Assembly: GCA_020632885.1 (NCBI GenBank)
Contig: JACKEQ010000004.1
Span: 73,361-105,360 of the forward strand
DNA from: Alphaproteobacteria bacterium
GTDB lineage: Bacteria; Myxococcota_A; UBA796; GCA-2862545
Reading direction: 5' to 3'
DNA length: 32,000 nucleotides
The notes below the pieces were generated by a model. It worked only from the letters and a program-made list of their open reading frames with translations. It was not told the DNA's origin and made no database searches. Positions 23,894 through 30,010 of this stretch are shown one piece after another (within the stretch, counting starts at the first letter, position 1; the number at the start of each line of letters is the position of its first letter). The translations under genes and the position numbers were made by a program.

Positions 23894-25287
23894 GCGAGCT
23901 GCAGAGCGTCGAGCTCGCGCGGGGTTGGCTCGCGGCCGGCCTCGCGCTGTCCCGTGTGGGCGACCCCGGCTCCAGCACGCTCACCGAGGCCGCCGCCGTG
24001 CTCGACGCCGCCCAGCACGAGCTCGCGAAGCTCCCGCCCGCCGGCGTCCTGCTCGACCTCTCGCGGGTCTTCCTCCAGCCGCGGCCCCGCATCCGCCGCG
24101 AACTCCCGCCAGCGCTCGCCGACGTCGTGCGGTCCTACGAGGACGTCGTGCTCGGGCGTCTCGTGGTGGATCCCCTGCGTGTGGCCGTGTCGGACGCCCT
24201 CTCTGGCCTGCCCGACCGCCTCGTGCACACCGGCGTGGTGGTGCTGGTCGAGCGGATCCTCGAGCGGGTCGGGTTCCGCGCCGGCCAGGCCGTCAACCCG
24301 GGCGCCCTGCGGGAGGTCGAGCGCACCGCACCCGAGGACATGGCCGTGCGGGCGGGTCCCGCGCTGGACAGTGCGGCGGGCGACCTGCTCGCGGACGCCT
24401 ACGAGGACCTCGTCCGGGGCTTCCAGCGCACCGGCCGCCCGCTGCGCGCCAGCGATGTGGTGGTCCTCCAGCAGCTCGAGGTGCTCGAGCGCCGCAGCGA
24501 CCGCCTGGCCCTCTCGCAGGTGATCGCGGCCTCGGAGCTGCTCGCCCGGGGCCTCCCGCGTCGCGTCAGGGGCTCCCGGCGTCGCGAGGGCCACGTGAGC
24601 ACGCGCCTCCTCGACGACAGCGCCTACCCGGTGGGCGGCTTCAGCTCCATCTCCACGCGCGGGTCCATCGAGAACCTCGTGACGTCCGAGCTCGCGCTGA
24701 TGGAGGACGGCGAGGACGTGGACCTGTTCGACGTGCGCTTCATGGAGGGCGAGCTCCTCTACTACACGCGCGACGAGACGGCGTTCGTCCGCGCACGGCG
24801 GCGCATCACCATCACGCTCGACCCCGCGCTCGTGGACGCCCGCTACCGTGACGAGGGGCTCCCCTACCAGCGCCTGGTGCTCGGGCTGGGCTGGATCACC
24901 GCGCTCGTCCGGGTGCTCCTCCTCTGGCTGGACCGCGAGGACCTGCTCGTGCGCATCGTGCCGCCCGCCGAGGGCCTGGACGCCGAGGTCCGCCTGCTGG
25001 GGCTGACGCTCGCGGAGGGCATCCAGTCGGGCTGGGTGCGCATCGAGCCCGTGGAGGACCTCGGCGCCACCCTGGCCTCCGACACCCGCGTGGCGCCGGT
25101 GGACCTGATCGCGCTGACCGCCGCGCACCGCGACCTGCCGGACGTCCAGCACGGCTGGTCGATGCAGCTCGTCTGCTCCGCGACCCCCGCGCTCACCGCG
25201 CCGTTCGCGGGCGAGGTCGCCATGCCCGCCGACCCCATGGAGGGCTGGCGTCGCTCGCTGCACATGGCGCTGCTCGACCTCGTCTGA
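23890..25287 (+). CDS. Hypothetical 465-aa partner of the RavA-like ATPase (ViaA position and size; no clear MIDAS motif)
   Basis: The GTG overlaps the ATPase stop (GTGA 23890-23893). Composition is protein-like and third-position GC is high. The segment RRRITITLDPALVDARY...QRLVLGLGWITALVRVLLLWL...LLVRIVPP lines up by eye with a VWA beta1-alpha1-beta2, but has DPALV where DxSxS is expected. Confidence 0.78.
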   Translation: MSELQSVELARGWLAAGLALSRVGDPGSSTLTEAAAVLDAAQHELAKLPPAGVLLDLSRVFLQPRPRIRRELPPALADVVRSYEDVVLGRLVVDPLRVAVSDALSGLPDRLVHTGVVVLVERILERVGFRAGQAVNPGALREVERTAPEDMAVRAGPALDSAAGDLLADAYEDLVRGFQRTGRPLRASDVVVLQQLEVLERRSDRLALSQVIAASELLARGLPRRVRGSRRREGHVSTRLLDDSAYPVGGFSSISTRGSIENLVTSELALMEDGEDVDLFDVRFMEGELLYYTRDETAFVRARRRITITLDPALVDARYRDEGLPYQRLVLGLGWITALVRVLLLWLDREDLLVRIVPPAEGLDAEVRLLGLTLAEGIQSGWVRIEPVEDLGATLASDTRVAPVDLIALTAAHRDLPDVQHGWSMQLVCSATPALTAPFAGEVAMPADPMEGWRRSLHMALLDLV

Positions 25288-25294
25288 TGCTACG

Positions 25295-25675
25295 TTGAGT
25301 CCGATGGTCGTCCCCCGCCCGCTGCGCCTGGCCGCGATCCTGCAGATCACGAGCGGGCTGCTGAACATCCTCCTCGTGAGCTGGGTGGCGTGGCTCGGCA
25401 TCTCGTGCTTCTGCGGCTTGGTGACCTTCCCGTTCCTCTCGGCGGGCGGCGTCTGCGGGCTGTTCAGCTTCCTGCTCGTGCCCATCGGGATGCTGGAGTT
25501 CGGAGCCGGCGTGTACGGCTGGCTGGACCCCCGGGAGGGCGTGTCGGCCATGCGCCTCGTGGCCTGGGCGGAGATCGCCGGCATCCTCGTGGGAGGGCTC
25601 CCGAGCGCCATCGTGGGGCTCGTGGTCCGTGCGCTGCTGGGCCGCGACGAGGTGCTGGTCTGGCTGGAGGGCTGA
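25295..25675 (+). CDS. Small multi-pass membrane protein (126 aa), paralog A
   Basis: TTG 25295 (alternative ATG 25304). There are three to four hydrophobic helices and a C-terminal motif ILVGGLPSAIVGLVVRALLGRD. Confidence 0.7.
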   Translation: MSPMVVPRPLRLAAILQITSGLLNILLVSWVAWLGISCFCGLVTFPFLSAGGVCGLFSFLLVPIGMLEFGAGVYGWLDPREGVSAMRLVAWAEIAGILVGGLPSAIVGLVVRALLGRDEVLVWLEG

Positions 25676-25986
25676 CGGTCGACCGGGCGCTCCGCCTGCA
25701 GCTCGGAGCCGGTCTGTGGAACGCGTGGGTGTGGGCCGCCGTGGTCTGGGCGCTCGGGACGGGCGTGCTGGGCGCGCTCGAGCCGCTCCTCGGTGCGGTG
25801 GGCTGGTGCGGGTGCGCCCTGGCACCGTTCGGCGTGCTGGAGATCCTGCTCGTCCAGCTCGCCAGGGTCGCCGACGACCCCGCCCGAGCCTCACGCCGGC
25901 TGGCGCGGCTCCAGGTGGCCTCCGTGGTGCTCGGGGGCCTGCCTTCGGCCCTCGTGGGGCTGACGGTCCTGCGCGACCTGCGCTGA
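25672..25986 (+). CDS. Small membrane protein, paralog B (start unresolved)
   Basis: The frame of track ORF 25390..25986 encodes DRALRLQLGAGLWNAWVWAAVVW...VLGGLPSALVGLTVLRDLR, collinear with paralog A. No ATG/GTG/TTG lies at the homologous N-terminus. A CTG at 25672 overlaps the paralog A stop (CTGA). The first canonical start is GTG 25729. Confidence 0.5.
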   Translation: MTVDRALRLQLGAGLWNAWVWAAVVWALGTGVLGALEPLLGAVGWCGCALAPFGVLEILLVQLARVADDPARASRRLARLQVASVVLGGLPSALVGLTVLRDLR

Positions 25987-25991
25987 GCCTG

Positions 25992-26729
25992 TCACCAGAG
26001 GAACGGCACCAGCGCCTTCCGGCCCTGCGGATAGCCCTCGAAGGTCGACCGGTACCAGGCGTGGTGCTGGCCCGCCCGGGGCACGAGGTTGCTGGCCGAC
26101 CAGACGACGAAGGCCAGCGCCGGGAGGGTCCACGCGGCGAGGGCGAAGCCCGTCCACTGGATGAGCTCCCCGAGGTAGTTCGGGCACGACACGAGCTCGT
26201 ACAGGCCGCCCCGGGGCACGCGGTAGCCGGTCTCGCCGGGTGCCCGCAGGCCCGCGAGCACCCCGTCCGCCCAGCGGTTCACGGCGTACCCCACGAGGAA
26301 CAGCGCCACACCGAGCACGAAGCGGGGGTCGGTGAGCCAGGACACGTCCCGGGGGGCTCCGTGGAACACCGACCACGCGACCAGGCCGTCGATCACGCAG
26401 TTGCTGGCGAAGGCCATGGCCGCGATGGCGAGCGGCATGGTCTTCCCGTCGAGCCGCATCCGCAGCGGCCAGAGCACCGCCCGGTCCACGTAGTGGAGGA
26501 GCCAGAGCGCCCCGAGGAGCGCGGGGACGAGCGAGCGATCGCCGGTGGCGAAGGCCGCCACGGGCCAGAGCACCGCGGGCGACTCCATCACCATCCAGGC
26601 CGGCCGCGACGGGACGGACGGACCCCAGCCGCGCGCTTCGTGCCGGCCGTACGGGGCCGTGCGGAACTGCAGCGCCACGAACACGACCGCCGACAGTCCC
26701 ATCCAGGCCAGGCTGGCTGCGCCCAGCAC
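25992..26729 (-). CDS. 3-oxo-5-alpha-steroid 4-dehydrogenase (steroid 5-alpha-reductase) family membrane protein
   Basis: A multi-pass membrane protein ending GGLYELVSCPNYLGELIQWTGFAL...HHAWYRSTFEGYPQGRKALVPFLW, the family's C-terminal signature. The GTG start is 1 nt after the upstream stop. Confidence 0.88.
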   Translation of the reverse strand: MLGAASLAWMGLSAVVFVALQFRTAPYGRHEARGWGPSVPSRPAWMVMESPAVLWPVAAFATGDRSLVPALLGALWLLHYVDRAVLWPLRMRLDGKTMPLAIAAMAFASNCVIDGLVAWSVFHGAPRDVSWLTDPRFVLGVALFLVGYAVNRWADGVLAGLRAPGETGYRVPRGGLYELVSCPNYLGELIQWTGFALAAWTLPALAFVVWSASNLVPRAGQHHAWYRSTFEGYPQGRKALVPFLW

Positions 26730-26730
26730 G

Positions 26731-27201
26731 TCAGTCGTCGAGCTTGACCCAGTACGGCGACCCGTGGAGCTGGAGCTTGATCTGGCTCACCTCCTCAGGG
26801 CGCAGCTCGAAGGTCTGCGGCTGGTACGTCTGCGGATCGACCTGCGTGAGGAAGTAGCGCTTCCCCTTCTTGGTCTTGTGCAGCTGGATTCCGCGCGGGT
26901 CGTCGTAGAGCAGGTCCAGGTCCTTCGCCGTGAGGGGCCGGTTGGTGGGCTCCTCCTCCTCGGGCTCCGGCTCCTTCGGGACCGGAGGCGGTGTGATGGC
27001 CTCGATCACCTCGTCGACCTCCCACCGCGCCTCGAGGCTCTGGATCCCCTTCTTGGCGGACTCCAGGTGCTCCATCACGGTCGTGGCGTCGGGGAACGTC
27101 CGCGCGAGCTCCAGGAGCTGATCGCGCAGCACCTCCCGCTCCTTGAACCCCGCCTTCCCGATCGCGGCCACCAACTCGTCCAGTGCATCGAACCGACCCA
27201 T
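26731..27201 (-). CDS. Hypothetical acidic protein (156 aa)
   Basis: ATG 27201 is preferred over the track's GTG 27213, which overlaps the GGAGG Shine-Dalgarno sequence itself. Composition is protein-like (K, F, Y, W, Q) with a PPPVPKEPEPEEEEP linker. No family recognised. Confidence 0.68.
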   Translation of the reverse strand: MGRFDALDELVAAIGKAGFKEREVLRDQLLELARTFPDATTVMEHLESAKKGIQSLEARWEVDEVIEAITPPPVPKEPEPEEEEPTNRPLTAKDLDLLYDDPRGIQLHKTKKGKRYFLTQVDPQTYQPQTFELRPEEVSQIKLQLHGSPYWVKLDD

Positions 27202-27273
27202 GGTGCTGTCCACCTCCGCGTCGGGTCGCTATCCTGTCCGCCTCCAGCCCACCAACCCCCCGGGGAGGCCCGC

Positions 27274-28707
27274 TTGGCCTTCATGGACGCGTTCACCGAC
27301 GAGCAGCGGTCCCTCTTCGAGTCCACCGCCGACGTGCTCGACGTCCGGCGTGGCGAGTACCTCCTCCGCAAGGGCGAGCCCGGTGGCGATCTCTTCCTCC
27401 TCCGCGAGGGCACCCTGGAGGCGGTCGACACCCGCAGCTCGCCCGAGGTGATCCTCGCGGTGATGACGGCCGGGAAGGTCGTGGGCGAGCTGTCGTTCCT
27501 GGACGGGTCGCCCCGCTCGATGGACGTGAGGGTGGCGGAGGACGCGAAGGTCCTGCGCTGGGGCTACCGCGACCTCAAGGCCCTCCTGAAGCGCGAGCCG
27601 GTCTTCGCGTCGGCGTTCTACGAGAGCGTCGCGCGCCTCGCCTCCGTGCGCATGCGGCGGCTCACCGACAGCGCGATGACCGGCAGCCTGCTCGCCAACG
27701 ACGCCGACTCCGGCGCGTCGATGGAGCGCGCGCGCGCCGAGGCCGAGCGGGCGGCGACCACGGTCAAGGCGGCCCTCCTCCGCTGCGAGACCCTGCTGCG
27801 CGAGAACCCCGGCGACGTCTCGGCCGAAGGGGCCCTGCGGGACGTGCTCTTCGACCTCCAGGAGCGCCTGGACGCCCTGATGGCCGCGTGGCCCGGGCCC
27901 GCCGAGCGCGACCGGGTGAGCGAGGTCCTGAAGCGCGAGCTGCACCCGTACCTCGTGCGGTCCACCCTCGCGGACCGCTGCATCCGGCGGCCGCAGGGAG
28001 TGACGGCCACCCCGGAGATCCTCTCCCACGTCCTGGTGTCGCGCGCGTCGGGCGAGGGTCGTCTCGGCGAGATCGTCGATCGCTGGCTGCTCGAGCGCCC
28101 CACCCTCGTCGCCATCCGCTCCATCGTCCAGGCGCTGCCGGAGACCGTAGGGCACCACCTCGTCCAGCACCGCAACCGGCGGATCCTCGTGCTGAACGCC
28201 GGTACGGGGTCCGTGGTGGCCCGCCTCTCGGCCCTCACCGACCGCGCACCCACGCACATCACGGTGGTGGATCCGTCCCGCGACGCCCTGTCCCTGCTCG
28301 ACACGGACGTGGCCCCGGTGCCCCCCAACGTCACCGTGGAGGCCGTGCAGCACGACCTCGCGGAGCTCGCGGTGCATCGGCTCCGGCACACGTTCGCGCC
28401 CGCCGACGTCGTCGTGGTGCACGGGCTGATCGAGTACCTCCCCGACCGTCTGGTGGTCAGCCTGCTCCGCACCTGCCGGACGTTCTGCAACCGCGAGGGG
28501 CACATCGTCACGGCCACCCTGTCCGACAGCGCGGACCGCCACCTGCTGGACCGCCTCCTCCGCTGGCCCACCCTCCGCCGTCCTCCCGAGACCCTCCGGC
28601 GCCTCCACGAGGCCGCGGGCCTCCACGGCTTCGTCCAGCACGAGACCACGGCCCCCGCCGTCCTCATGAGCGCGCGCGCCGTTGCGCGGGGGGATGGCAG
28701 CCGGTAG
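27274..28707 (+). CDS. Cyclic-nucleotide-binding domain protein with a C-terminal class I SAM-methyltransferase-like domain
   Basis: cNMP-binding pattern: GEYLLRKGEPGGDLFLLREGTLE...VGELSFLDGSPRSMDVRV. The C-terminus has RILVLNAGTGSV (motif I-like) and VVVVHGLIEYLPD. TTG 27274 lies 5 nt after GGGGAGG. The alternative ATG 27283 is 14 nt from it. Confidence 0.83.
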   Translation: MAFMDAFTDEQRSLFESTADVLDVRRGEYLLRKGEPGGDLFLLREGTLEAVDTRSSPEVILAVMTAGKVVGELSFLDGSPRSMDVRVAEDAKVLRWGYRDLKALLKREPVFASAFYESVARLASVRMRRLTDSAMTGSLLANDADSGASMERARAEAERAATTVKAALLRCETLLRENPGDVSAEGALRDVLFDLQERLDALMAAWPGPAERDRVSEVLKRELHPYLVRSTLADRCIRRPQGVTATPEILSHVLVSRASGEGRLGEIVDRWLLERPTLVAIRSIVQALPETVGHHLVQHRNRRILVLNAGTGSVVARLSALTDRAPTHITVVDPSRDALSLLDTDVAPVPPNVTVEAVQHDLAELAVHRLRHTFAPADVVVVHGLIEYLPDRLVVSLLRTCRTFCNREGHIVTATLSDSADRHLLDRLLRWPTLRRPPETLRRLHEAAGLHGFVQHETTAPAVLMSARAVARGDGSR

Positions 28708-28739
28708 AGTCGCGCGTCACCACCCCCAAGGAGCCGTCG

Positions 28740-29594
28740 ATGACGCGCTGGTCGATCCTCATCCTCGCCCTGGTCGCCTGTTCGGGCGGGCAGCCGGCGC
28801 AGCACGGCCCCGAGACGCCGCATCCGGAGCCCGAGGCCCCCGAGGCCCCCAAGCCGGACGCCATGCCCGACACGCCGGTCCTGGACGCCGCCGCCCTCGC
28901 GAAGTCCGCCGAGAACACCGCCCTCGTTCCCTCCCCGGTGGAGACCGAGCGCGCCCTGGTCGCCGCGGGTGTGGAGACCCAGCTCGCCTCCCTGATCCCG
29001 AAGCACACCTTCGACCTCGAGAAGAGCGACGTCGACCACGCGGCCGTGCGCACCGGGGTGGTGCTCGGCGACATGCTGCTCACCGTGAAGACCGCCGAGA
29101 AGGACAAGCTGATCGAGCGCCTCGAGTCGGTGCGCAAGGGCCTCGGCCAGCTCGAGGGCGGGTCGGACATCGACAAGACCCTCAACGACTACGTCGCCTC
29201 CATCCAGGCGGACGCCATCAGCCGCGACGAGCTCCTGAAGGAGTTCGACGAGCTCTCGGGCGCGATCATCCCGGAGCTCGAGTTCAACGGGAAGGAGCGC
29301 GTGGTGCCGCTGATCCAGGCGGGCTCGTGGCTCGAGGGCGCCAACCTCGTCGCCCAGGCCGTGAAGGCCAAGGGAACGCCCGCCGCAGCAGACGGGTTGC
29401 TCAAGCAGCCTGCGGTCGTGGCGTACTTCTCCAAGTACGTGAAGACCGAGGCCGAGGCTCCGCAGCAGGTCACCAAGACCCTCGAGGCGTCGCTCGCGAC
29501 CCTCCAGGGCCTGGCCGAGAAGAAGGAGCCGCTCACCGCGGAAGACATCGACACCGTGATCAAGACCACCTCCGACGTGCTGGGGCTCCTCTGA
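28740..29594 (+). CDS. Lipoprotein (284 aa), helical, unknown function
   Basis: AAGGAG lies 6 nt upstream of ATG 28740. Signal MTRWSILILALVACSG, a Pro/Glu-rich linker, then a K/E/L-rich helical body. Confidence 0.8.
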   Translation: MTRWSILILALVACSGGQPAQHGPETPHPEPEAPEAPKPDAMPDTPVLDAAALAKSAENTALVPSPVETERALVAAGVETQLASLIPKHTFDLEKSDVDHAAVRTGVVLGDMLLTVKTAEKDKLIERLESVRKGLGQLEGGSDIDKTLNDYVASIQADAISRDELLKEFDELSGAIIPELEFNGKERVVPLIQAGSWLEGANLVAQAVKAKGTPAAADGLLKQPAVVAYFSKYVKTEAEAPQQVTKTLEASLATLQGLAEKKEPLTAEDIDTVIKTTSDVLGLL

Positions 29595-30004
29595 TGCTCA
29601 CCCTCACCACCGCCCTGCTCACGGGCACCGCGCTGGCCACCGAGAAGGCCGCCGAGGAGTGCGTCCAGACGAAGGTCTGGGACGCGTACGCGGAGGGGTG
29701 GGGCGTGCGTACGCTCACGTCCACCACGCTCCAGCCCGGGAAGACCCGGAACTACCTGGTCACCCTCTACGCCGGCAACGAGTACCGCATCGAGACGTGC
29801 GGGGACGAGGCTGTCACCAACCTCGACGTGCTCCTCTACGACACCGAGGGCAACGTGCTCGTCCGCGACCAGACGGACGACCGGCAGCCGAGCTTCACCT
29901 ACAAGCCCGAGTCCACCTCGACGTTCTACGTCGTGGTGTACCTGCGGGGCGTGAAGGAGAAGAGCACGGACGCCGGCGTCGGGATGGCGGTCGTCTACAA
30001 GTAG
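29594..30004 (+). CDS. Small secreted beta-sandwich-like protein (136 aa; PPC/pre-peptidase-C-terminal-like pattern)
   Basis: The ATG overlaps the upstream stop (TGATG). Signal-like MLTLTTALLTGTALA, then LYAGNEYRIETCGDEAVTNLDVLLYDTEGNVLVRDQTDD...STFYVVVY, resembling PPC-domain periodicity. The family call is tentative. Confidence 0.68.
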   Translation: MLTLTTALLTGTALATEKAAEECVQTKVWDAYAEGWGVRTLTSTTLQPGKTRNYLVTLYAGNEYRIETCGDEAVTNLDVLLYDTEGNVLVRDQTDDRQPSFTYKPESTSTFYVVVYLRGVKEKSTDAGVGMAVVYK

Positions 30005-30010
30005 GCCGCC

